NCBI GenBank assembly: GCA_016748015.1
Contig: JAAOMT010000386.1
Location: 1-64,000, forward strand
DNA from: Geosiphon pyriformis uo1
Lineage: Eukaryota > Fungi > Glomeromycota
Direction: 5' to 3'
DNA: 64,000 nucleotides
Below, one piece after another: positions 1-10,784 of this stretch. The position numbers were made by a program, and so were the translations under genes. The notes beneath the pieces were generated by a model. The model did no database searches. It had not been told where the DNA came from and worked only from the letters and a program-made list of their open reading frames with translations. Each line of letters starts with the position of its first letter. The first letter of the stretch is position 1.

Positions 1-52
<52 letters not shown>
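1..52 (+). repeat. poly(A) run at window start
   Basis: 52 consecutive A. Its origin (retroelement tail or assembly artefact) cannot be determined in this window. Confidence 0.9.
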
Positions 53-55
<3 letters not shown>

Positions 56-304
56 AGAAAAAATAAATTAGTATTGTCAATTGCCATTGTTACCAGATGA
101 AATTAGAGATATTATTTAGCATGAAATTATTTTATAATTTTTATCATTAATTAGCATATAATATCATTTCAAATTATTACTTATTACATTAGCAAAAATG
201 TCCAAAATTATCATTTAATTAATAATCTAAATTATACACAACACAAATATAACTTAATTGTGATGATCAATCATGCAATACCCCAAACTATGTAACATTC
301 AAAA

Positions 305-420
305 GTTTGCCGAAATTTGTAGAAATTCACCAAAATAATTGATAGTTTACCGAAATATCTAATAATTCGCCGAAATAACTTGTAGTTTGCCAAAATGTAT
401 CTTTAGTTCAGCGAAATTGT
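305..420 (+). promoter_or_regulatory. U3 tandem array, 6 copies of about TTYGCCGAAAT at 20-bp period (candidate enhancer)
   Basis: Cores tgccgaaat (308), caccaaaat (328), taccgaaat (348), cgccgaaat (368), tgccaaaat (388), cagcgaaat (409). Related copies occur in both LTRs of B. Confidence 0.6.
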
Positions 421-467
421 AGAAAATAGCAAAGTTCAAGTTTATAGAATAGTGTTACGACAAGTTG

Positions 468-474
468 TATAAAA
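468..474 (+). promoter_or_regulatory. putative LTR TATA box
   Basis: TATAAAA ~50 bp downstream of the U3 repeat array. The context GTTGTATAAAA is conserved in the B LTRs (minus strand ~24237-24250 and ~33141-33153). Confidence 0.5.
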
Positions 475-1060
475 CAAGAGCTTCTCTCTTTGAGAAAATA
501 TATCTTACTTTAGATTTATCACTTAGAACTATTCCTATACACACAAAAGAAATAAATATTAAATAATTTAAAAAAAAACCAAATTTTTTAAATTATTACA
601 CTTGGAAAATCCCCAAAACCCAACTAACGTTTTGAAATTGATTAGCTACCAATTTTAATAAACTGTTAGTAACTCCAGACCTGGATAGAAAATGTTTCTC
701 TTGACAAAATTCTATTTCTTTTATTTTTCTTTTCTTTGTTTTATTACAATCATTAGGGTAGCCTATAGACGAGATTCCTGTAGAAGAGTTTACTTTTACA
801 ACAAAGTAACTACACATTTTTTGTGAGCTTCTAGACAAGCAATTCTTGGGAAAGAGTTGACGTTTACTACAATGTAACTACATAAAGTAACTGGCACGGA
901 ATTGGCCATTCCACTCATAAGCCCAGCAATTTCAAATTATAGGAAATAATTTGAAGATAAATTCAGTTACTGGAGGTCCAACTACTTTCTGGAAACATGA
1001 ATTCACAACAAACAGACATTAACAACATTCAAGAAAAGAGACCAAAAATCTCCAGTAACA

Positions 1061-1078
1061 TTTGGTGCTCTCCCATAG
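1061..1078 (+). other. primer binding site of element A
   Basis: TT-TGGTGCTCTCCC immediately after the LTR. TGG is complementary to a tRNA CCA end; the tRNA species is not assigned. Confidence 0.8.
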
Positions 1079-4000
1079 AAACAACACAGCAAAAACAACT
1101 TCAAAGTGGCGACCACACCAGATGCAACAACTTTAGAGTATTACCAGTCAATTTACACCCACTGCAAACAAAGATTCAACATTCCAGACGGAATTGAAGT
1201 TGTCAAAAAATCAGTATACCAATATATTAAAAACTGCATCAACAATTATCTTTTTGGAAATTACAATATCTCAGAAGTTAGAAGCAACCTTTACAATAAT
1301 TTAGCACACTATTCATAGTTGGGAACTGAAGACCTTAACAGTGAAACACTTGCCACTTACTTTCACAAACTTAATTTTAACATTATCAAATACTGTGAAA
1401 AAACATATCCAGTGCAGTCTCAATACACAATTGATTTTGAATTGGAAACAGAAACAAGCAACAAAGGCAAAAACAAATTGAAGCAATACTTAAGAACCAT
1501 CTCAAATACTCCAACACTACCAGAAACAACTGCCAAACATTTACAAACACCTGAACAAAGAACCAGTTCAAAATTTCCACTTACTATCACACTTTTTCCA
1601 GCTTTACTTGCACAAGCACAAACACTTAATTCACCCTTGAATCAATTTGCAAGACCAGAAGATTTTACATCACTCAGAAGTTCTACCAGACAACAAGAAC
1701 TCCTTTAATCTAGTTCCAATCTCCTTGATTTTCTAGCTGAAAATCAAAGTGAACACTCTAAGACAGCAGCAAATAAAGAAAATAACTCTGAAATAACTGA
1801 AGAAGAATCAATAAACAGTGAAAACAAAAAAGACAAAATGACAACATACATTGCAAAAATCTCTGAATTCAATAGAGAAGATATTGAGACCAGTCCCCAA
1901 GAATGGTTCGACCAAGTTACTAAAGCTGGAGATGTAAATGGATGGAATGCTGCCAGAATGTTAAGAACAATTTCCTACTTTCTCAAAAAAACAGCAGGAG
2001 AATTGTTTGAAAACTTGGCTGTCTCATTCAATAATTGGAACACTTTTAAAGCAGCCTTTCTTGAACAGTTTACTAACAATAATATTTCTATTACCCTTCG
2101 CAATTGTTTTCGAAATATCAAACAAGAATCCTCTGAATCTGTTATGACTTATATTGGGAAATTCAACAAACTTCTTAGACAAATTCACCAACTTGAAACA
2201 AATAATTATTATTCCGATGCTCAAATCTTGAATCAATTTATCACTAGTCTAAAAGATAAACTAATTAAAAAGGTTCACCCACATGCATCAGAAGATTTAA
2301 ACTCTGCCATAAAGCATGCGAAAAGATACAAAATGGCCATGGAAAAGGCCAATCACACAAAACTTGTAAATTTGGCAATTGGAGAAACCAGCTCAGCAGC
2401 TGAGGAAAAAATTGACCAACTCACAAAGAAGGTTGAAAACTATTTTACCAATCAACAACAACAGCAACTCCAAAGATATCAACCACCCCAAAGACAAAAT
2501 CAAAATAACTTTGCACCACTTTCCAATAACCAGCCTCAGAATTGCCATTACTATGGAATCTCTGGCCACTGGAAACGAGATTGCAGAAAGCTACAATGAG
2601 ACCAACAAAATAAAAGTAATTAATGTTACCCTCCACCACAGCAATTTTATTTTCAATCACTACCACCAGCTTACTATCTACCAAGACCCCAATACCAAAA
2701 TAACTATTATCAGCCCACCCCACAGCTAATCCAACAGCAATACTAACAACCACCCACACAACATTATCAAGTACCTGCTCAAAAACTGATTACACAAAAT
2801 CAATTCACACCACAAAACCAATACCAAGTAAACAACAATAGAATCAGTTTGAACAACCAATTGGTTCTCTGAAATTCCATTCAACCAAGACCCAACCACT
2901 ACTACACTTAACCCAGTTATTTAACAATGCCAGAAGAACAGGATCTTTACCATACTGCACTCTCGGAAGGTAGAGCTGCAGCACAACAACAAAACCTTTT
3001 CTATACTCTCACCACAATCTCACCAGCCAGAATCACTGAAAATGCTAACCTTTTAGATATATTTCCTTTTGAGTTCAAAGCAAACAAGTCACCATTCCTG
3101 CTTAGCAATGCAGCCGCCAATAAACAAAAAGCAATCACAGCTATGTACACTGAAGCAGAAGTTGAAGGAAAAACAATTCACTTGATCCTAGACAGTGGAT
3201 TCACAGGAAGCATTATCACCTACCAGTTAATGCAACAGTTGAAGAGAAATGTTGACCAACCAGCTCAAATAGTAATCGTCACTGCCAATGACATGAAAAA
3301 GATCCCAGTAGAAGAAATTGACAATTTTCCGTTCACTCTTGATAGAATCACCATTCCAGTCAAAGTTCTTGTAATGGATGCACCCCAATACCAAGCTCTC
3401 GTCGGAAATGATTGGCTTCAAAAAGCCAATGCTAATCTGAATTGGGAAACACAAGAGTTAACAATCTCCTACCAAAGACAACACGCCCAGGTACCTGCCA
3501 TTTATGGTACATTCAACAAATGCTTTGAAAAAGCCCCGGCTTTTGAATTTGAATCGGAAGAAAAAAAACCCCTCATTGAAACATTCATGGCTCTTGGATC
3601 AACATCCAACTGGGCCGATAAAACAGAACAAGAACATTTTACCCCACACTCTGAACCTGAAACCTCTGGATGGAATATTTCTTACTCAAAACCTGAACCA
3701 AGAAAACAACGCCCCTATATTCCCCTTAAATGTAAGAACTGCCACAAGAAACTATCATCAATGGGAGCCTGCATTTCACCTGAAGAAGAATATGAAAATC
3801 ATACTTGTTATTACTGCAAGGCTTGCCACAGAGAATGATGGGGCCATCTAATAAAAAGGAGCAGAAAATAGGATAATACTCCTTGTTTGACTTGTGGAGA
3901 TATACTTCTGGAAGAATACAATTGGATTAATATAGCCATAAGAGGAGGAGTCTGCGATCAGACCTGCCAATATGCTTTATCAATTTCAGAAAAAGTAAAA

Positions 4001-4456
4001 AGAGGAACACTCTTTAATGCAGCATACAACAGTGCTTTTAACAAACTTTATCACTACCCCCATAATGCTGAGATGATTTTTGACTTAGCAATGGCATTAA
4101 TTAATGGAGCTACCAAAGAAGATGTTTATCAAATAAAAGAAGCAAAATACATTGAATACACCATGGAATTAGCTGGATTTGATTACAAAGACGAAGTAGA
4201 AGTCTACCACCAAATTGCAAGTCACACCTATCCAACCCAAGAAGCTCAAATTCAACAATTAGAGCAAATGAACATTAGGCTATGTGAAGAATGCATTATG
4301 CTTTGTGATAAACAGTGGTGTCCTGAATACTACACTCTTAGTATCCTCTTGCTCAGCGAAAATGATGAGAACAAAATTGAATTTGGAGAACCTGAAGCAA
4401 TGGAAGAAATTGAAACAACACCTATCTATCTTATCAAAAATCAGTTTGCCTTATAA

Positions 4457-4885
4457 CTTAAATACTTCAACAACAACAGACAAGGAATAAAACCTAAAAA
4501 AGCACACGAAATTGATGCTGGATATGATCTAAGATATCCAGGCAAGGATACTCTTGTTCTCAAACCCAAATCTTTTACAAAAATCAACTTCAAAATTGCA
4601 CTCAAAATCCCACCAGGAGCAATGATTCAAATCACCTCCCGGTCCTCTCTGGCAAGCAAAGGAATCAATGTCAGAGGAGGAATAATCAATGCTGGATATA
4701 CTGGAGACATTACAGTGATGCTTCAAAATGAAATTAACAAACCATTTAAGATCAAACATGCTGAAAAAATTGCCCAAGCTATTTACCTACCCTTAATTAA
4801 CATTTCGGGTTTGCAACTAGTCAATCAAAAAAAACAATTAGGAAAAAGCAATAGAGAAACCCAAGGTTTTGGTTCAACTGGACGA
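4457..4885 (+). pseudogene. dUTPase domain within pol of A
   Basis: All five trimeric-dUTPase motifs are visible: DAGYDL, SRSSLASKG, GGIINAGYTGDI (catalytic D>N), KIAQAI, RETQGFGSTG. Confidence 0.93.
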
Positions 4886-7800
4886 TTCACAGTTCCAGTT
4901 AATATAGCTCTTAACACACAAAACAAATCCCACCAGATTCTCAGACTTCTACAACTGATTACCATCTCACCCTTTGGAAAACATCCTGAAATCTACACCT
5001 GTCCAATGCCAACAACCACACAACAAATTTTTGAGTCCAATGAACAAATCTGCTTGGAACATAATATTTCAATTCTAAACATTTATATTCCAGAAGAAAC
5101 AAAAAAAGTCTGAGTTATTTTTTACAACCCCAATAATTACCCCATAATTTTATTAAATAATTTAGAAATTGGAGTTATTCACAGTAATATATTTCAACAA
5201 GAATTACCCCAAACAGTCCTCAATTTCTCTGAAATTATTGGACATTCACTACCAAAAATCAATCTAAACTCCAGCTCCAAAAACTACCATGTTGTTATAG
5301 AAAAACTATCTCGAATCAACATGAAACAACTTGAACCATAACAACAGACCCAGCTCAAAAAGTTAATTGCAGAATTTGCCAATATCTTTGCTAAAAACAA
5401 CAATGACTTAAGAAGAACCAATTTGGTTCAACACCAAATTTATATAGGAAATGCCAAACTAAGAAGACAACAAGCATATCGAGTTGCTCCAGAAAGCCAC
5501 CAATTCATCTGAGAAGAAGTACAACAAATGCTTAACAATAGGATTATCCAACCCTCTATGAGTCCTTGGGCTTCACCTGTAGTGCTAGTTAAAAAGAAAA
5601 ATGGAAAGATCCGATTTTGTGTTGACTATCAACAACTCAACAGTATTACAATTGAAGACGCCTACTCTCTTCTCCAGATTGATGACATGTTAGATGCCCT
5701 TGGAAAATCCAAATACTTTTCAACACTAGATTTAGAAAGCGGTTACTGGCAAGTTGCTATGGATCCCAAAGATCGCCCCAAAACAGCATTCACCACCCAA
5801 GGCAGAAATTACGAGTTCAATGTAATGCCTTTTGGATTATGCAATGCACCAGCAATGTTTCAGAGATTAATGGATGTTGTGTACCAAAGACTTCTTTAGA
5901 AGTCAGTAGTCATTTATCTTGACAATACTGATGTTTATTCTCTATTGTTTGAATTACACTTAAAACACCTGCGAGAAGTTTTTCAACGATTACGAAAAGC
6001 AGAACTAAAACTCAATATCAAAAAATGCTACTTTGGAAAAACAAGCCTGGCCTTCCTTGGTCATATTGTTAGTAAAGATGGAATCAAACCAGACCCTGGA
6101 AAAATCAGCATTGTCAAAAACTTCAAAACTCCTCAAAACACTACAGAACTAAGAAGATTCATAGGATTAACATCCTACTATCGGAAGTTTATCAAAGAAT
6201 TTTTGGAAATTGCAAAACCCCTCAACCAGCTCACTACCAAAAACGTTGAATACAAATAGACTACTGAACACCAAAAAGCTTTTGAAATTCTCAAAGAAAA
6301 ACTGACAACAGCTCCAATTCTCACCTACCCGGATTTCAGCAACCAATTTCAACTAGCTACAGATGCTTTGTATACTGCTTTTGGTGCCATCTTATCACAA
6401 CTAGATGACAACAAAAATGAGCAAGTAATTGCTTATGCTAATAGAACATTAAAACCAGCTGAGAAAAACTACTCTGCCACAGAACTAGAAACAGCAGCCA
6501 TAATTTGGGCCCTACACCACTTCAACCTTTATCTCAGACCTAAAAAATTTGATATTATCACTGATAATATTGGACTCAAATGGCTTCAGAACAAAAATAC
6601 TCAGCTGAATGCAAAACAAACCCGATAGACAGGATTTTTAGCAAACTATTGATACATAGTACATCACAAACCAGGAAAACTCCACACTAATGTTGACTGT
6701 CTCTCCAGAATGAGACAAGATTAGAAAACACAAAAACCAACACTCAACTTAACCAACCAAAAGAGCCAACAAACAATGAATTCAGAAAACTACAACAATC
6801 TCAAACAATATTTGGAAACATTAACAATCCCAACAGATTGGTCTCCAGATGAAAAACATCAGCTACAACAACAAGCCAAACAATATTTTCTACACAACAA
6901 CATTATTTATTATCGAAATTTCAAAAACCCAAACAAATCACTCAGATTAATACAAGAACAGAAGAAAGAGACCATATTATACAACATGCATTCAGATCCT
7001 TCATCAGCACACTTCGGAAAAGATAGCACCACCCAAAGAACACTAGAATACTACTTTTGGCCTCGAATGAGAAAAGACATTCACAAATATGTCGAATCTT
7101 GTGATAGTTGTCAAAGAAGAGGAGAAACATGCCCTACTGAACCATTAAATTCAATCAAAGTTGGACAACCTTTTGACCGAGTTGGTTTCAATTTAGTCAG
7201 ACCACTATCTATCACCACTTAAAAAAACTGTTATATTGCAGTAGCTGTAGACTATTTTACTAAATGGCCCAAAGCCAGAGCCATTCAATGAGCAGATGCA
7301 AAATCAATAGCAAATTTTATTTATGAAGACATCATTTATAGACATGAATGTCCAATTGAACTTTTATCTAATCAGGGGACACATTTTGTGAACAACCTAA
7401 TACAAAAAATTTGCGAATGATTCAATGTTAAAAGACCTCTGTCTTCACCCTACCATCCACAAACAAATGGACTTGTGGAATGTTTTAACAGAACATTATG
7501 TGAGTCATTAGCCAAAGTCTCAACCACTTTTGAGCAAGATTGGGATATCTTTATTCCATTAGTGTTACTAGCATACAGAACACTAAAACAAGATACCACA
7601 AAACACACACCATTTGATTTAACTTATGGAAGGACAGCAATATTACCCAGATATTTGTATAGTATACTACTTTTGGTAATTGTAATAAGCAATTTACTAA
7701 TTTTCAAAGAAGCATTCTTAACTTTTCTATTAATAGTAATAGTCACAGTTTTGTTATTGTTAATTAAGATATTGTTAATTAAAAAAAATTTACTGGCAAT

Positions 7801-9430
7801 GTTTAATATATACTAAGTAACAGTCTGGCTATTTCTAATCCAAATAGTATTATCAACAAAAGCACCAGTTACAAAAAATAAAGTCATTTTTTTTATGTTT
7901 TCTACCCTTTTGTTTTAGCCACAAATCTGGTATCAATTTGGTATCTACACAAATGTTTCTGTTTTTTAACTTTACACAAAAAAAGTTTATAGAAAATTTT
8001 TTAAAAAAAGGAAGAGAATATCTTATCTTGATTGAGTCTATTATGTATTTTATAATTATTTATAAAGCCAAAATCTGTCATAACTCTATTTAATCCATTT
8101 TTATAAATGTTACCAAAAAAACTGATGAATTTTTTACACATCTTGATTCATTGCAAACTTGCTTTTAAATAGTGCCAACTAACTAAGTCATATGTCTTAT
8201 ATATGTTTTGCAAAACCAACCAAATTTTTTTATTCTTTTTTAGAGCATCTTTAATTACCAATTCAACAGCAAAAATAGAAGATTGTATTGAAGTGCCTTT
8301 TAAAACTGAAAAGTTGTCTTTGCAAAAAACACCAAACTTGCCACAAACAAAAAAAATCCGATTTAAGAAAATTTTGAAAAGAATTTTCTGAGCAGTTTCA
8401 ATTAACACAATAAGACAAATATTGGTTAAAATTTTATCTTACTCATAAGACTTAAGTATTATTAAAACTATACTTTTTTCCATAGAACTGAAACAGTATT
8501 CAGAATTAAACATGAATTCAAGAAACTTAAAAGACACTTGAAAATATCATCATCAAAATGCTTTTACAATTTATTAAAGATGCTACTCAGACCAGCAGTT
8601 TTCTTATCTGATAGATTTTTGATCATTTTAACTAACTCTTCAAAACTAATAACATTCATAATATTTGAAAAAACACTGTTTTTTATATAGCATAAAAAAA
8701 CATATTGGTTAACTCAAAGCTCAAGCAGAGCTTCAAAAACCACTTGCTTTTTGGTATAATTCTTTATGATTGCATTTATCTTAAATTTAACATTAGTAGA
8801 TTTTAATACCAGTTTATTATCAACTATTAAATAGTCCAGCACAATTTTATAAAACAATTTATTTAATATACTTTTAATTATATGGTCTTTATCTGAGCAA
8901 AAATTTTTTATTCTTTTATTAATGACATATCTTATAGCAGCAGTTTTAGCAGTTTTGTATTCATGTATTTTGGATTTATAGTAATTTTTTTTAAATTTAA
9001 ACAAACAACTAAAAATGTTTGTAGATCTAACACTATTCTAAATTATGCTTTGCACTTCAAGAGTCATATTTCTATTAATAACCAATTAAGTGTGAAGCAA
9101 AAAGTCAGTTTAAAACATATAACCAAACCTGAAAAATTTCACAACTTTGACAACCAGCAATTTCAATTTAAAAAATCTAGATGACTGCTTGCTAAAAACA
9201 CATTTGGCTTTACTGTATCAATATTTAGAAAATATTTTTTCAGCCAAATCTGTCATTATTTCTTTTAACAAATCTCATATAACATCTAAATTTTTACCAA
9301 TTTTCATCTTCAAAAATTTATTTACTATTCTCAAAAGCTTAATAAAAGAGAACTCTTTAAAATAAATTTATTTAATACTATTTACATTAATAATTTTAAA
9401 TTTTCAATAATTCTTGTTAACTTGTTTGTA

Positions 9431-10784
9431 CAGGGGGATATAAAAAGTATTGAATACTTAATATAATATATAAAAAAAGCTATATATAGTAATACTATTA
9501 CTAATTTAAGCCTTAATTTTTTTTATAATTACTTATAGTTATAATTTACAAATCAACATAAATTGTATCCTTGTAAAACACAATAGTGAATCATATACAT
9601 ATATATAAAATATCAAATATTTTTGTCATAAAAAAATTTACCACATCAAATATGTCTTGAAAAAAAACTTTTTGAATACCAAAAAAGAGGGATTATTTCT
9701 GCAATAAAGTTAGAACATACAAACAATGAGATTTCTATGACTATTGAATGTTCACGTTCTTCTGTAATACATGTATGAAAGTCATATGAGCTAAAAAAAC
9801 TTCCTAAAAAATGAATGGGCTGACCACAAATTCTTGACAAATATGCATGTAAACAACTCAAATATTCAATAATAGAGAATAAAAAAACCTATTGTCAAAC
9901 TTTTTCTTAAATACAATTGAATTTTATTAAAGATACCAACAAATCTATTTCTATACAAACTATTCGAAATGGATTAGCTCAAAAAGGACTTTGCTCATGC
10001 ATTCCTTGTTTCAAGTCATTAATTTCTAAATCAAATAAAAAAAACATTTACAATAGGCTTATACTTATGAAAATTGGACAGTAGAAGATTTTAAACAAGT
10101 TGTTTAATCAGATAAATCTATATATATACAATTTAAGACTACAGAATTTGGATATGTATGGGGTAAACCTTCTAAAGAGTTTCATAAAGATTGTATTGCA
10201 GTCACAGTTAGAAAAAGCTTTGGTCATATGTTTTAGAGATGTTTTTTATGAATTGGTTTGGGTTCTTTAGTTTCTTTGGTTGGTCATATTATTGGAGTTA
10301 TATATCATGAAATCTTGGCTAATTATGCAATTTCTATGGTAAAATGTCATGCAAAAAAAACTAAAAAAAAGTTTTTTTTTCAGGAAGACAATGCATCAAT
10401 TCACACATCAAAAGTTGCGTGTTCTTTTCTTACTTCTTCAAATATTGAATTACTTTCTTGGCCAGCACAAAGTTCTAATATTACTTCAATAGAAAATTTT
10501 TGGTTATATATTAAAGTTAAAATTCATCAACTTAATTCACAACTCTTAAATATTGTACAATTGGAACAGTGGGTTAAGGAAAAATAGGATGCAATATCTG
10601 TAAATTACTATTGTAATTTGATCAAGTCTATGCCACATCAAATTCAAGCTATTTTTAAAACAAATGGGGGTCAAACAAAATACTAACATGTATTTTAATA
10701 TAATAATAAAAAATTAACAATTTATAAGTTAGTTCTTTTATATAACATATTATAAAAGTGTCCAATACTTTTTATTCTCTTCTG
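9431..10784 (+). mobile_element. Tc1/mariner DNA transposon (DD34E), 1354 bp
   Basis: TA duplication at 9429-30 and 10785-86. TIRs of ~29 bp: CAGGGGGATATAAAAAGTATTGAATACTT versus reverse complement CAGAAGAGAATAAAAAGTATTGGACACTT. Removing the element restores LINE F ORF2 (NSIYKQVN). Confidence 0.93.
9652..10686 (+). pseudogene. Tc1-type transposase, disrupted
   Basis: Motifs V*SDKS (WSDES), FQEDNASIH followed 34 aa later by SIEN, WPAQS, and C-terminal GGQTKY*. Contains stops and frameshifts in A runs. Confidence 0.9.

Larger units (their letters stand above)
88..1060 (+). repeat. 5' LTR of element A (973 bp)
   Basis: TG...CA termini with inverted ends TGTTAC/GTAACA. Colinear with the reverse complement of 32528-33497 and 23586-24594. 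Directly followed by the PBS. Confidence 0.92.
88..7647 (+). mobile_element. Ty3/gypsy LTR retrotransposon A (dUTPase-bearing), 3'-truncated inside integrase
   Basis: 5' LTR TGTTACCAG...CAGTAACA (88-1060), homologous to the LTRs of element B, followed by PBS TTTGGTGCTCTCC. Domain order: Gag with CCHC knuckle (CHYYGISGHWKRDC), PR (LILDSG), dUTPase, RT (SPWASPVVLV, FCVDY, YLDNT), RNase H (ATELE), IN (H..H..CDSC, GLVE). No 3' LTR; abuts LINE sequence at ~7644-7647. Confidence 0.95.
872..7647 (+). pseudogene. single-frame gag-pol polyprotein of A (Gag-PR-Cys-rich domain-dUTPase-RT-RH-IN) with many in-frame stops
   Basis: ORF-track fragments starting at 1106, 1319, 1838, 2927, 3887, 4622, 5528, 5945, 6368, 6776 and 7475 all lie in one frame (start mod 3 = 2). 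The first in-frame ATG is at 872, inside the LTR. Confidence 0.9.

Noticed and set aside
1-52. poly(A) as a LINE tail or telomere
   Set aside because: The upstream sequence is outside the window and there is no telomeric repeat, so it cannot be assigned.
305-420. Regularly spaced repeats as a possible CRISPR-like array
   Set aside because: The period is only 20 bp, the array lies inside an LTR U3 in a eukaryotic context, and there are no cas genes.
1061-1078. Assignment of the PBS to a specific tRNA
   Set aside because: TGGTGCTC is not the usual initiator-Met PBS and could fit several tRNAs; the host tRNA set is needed.
997-1197. 66-aa ATG ORF across the LTR/PBS as the gag start
   Set aside because: It is out of frame with gag-pol; the PVTFGA frame is the one shared with element D.
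7475-7816. ORF with a hydrophobic C-terminus after integrase, resembling an env TM segment
   Set aside because: The hydrophobic tail is antisense LINE F sequence fused at 7644-7647.
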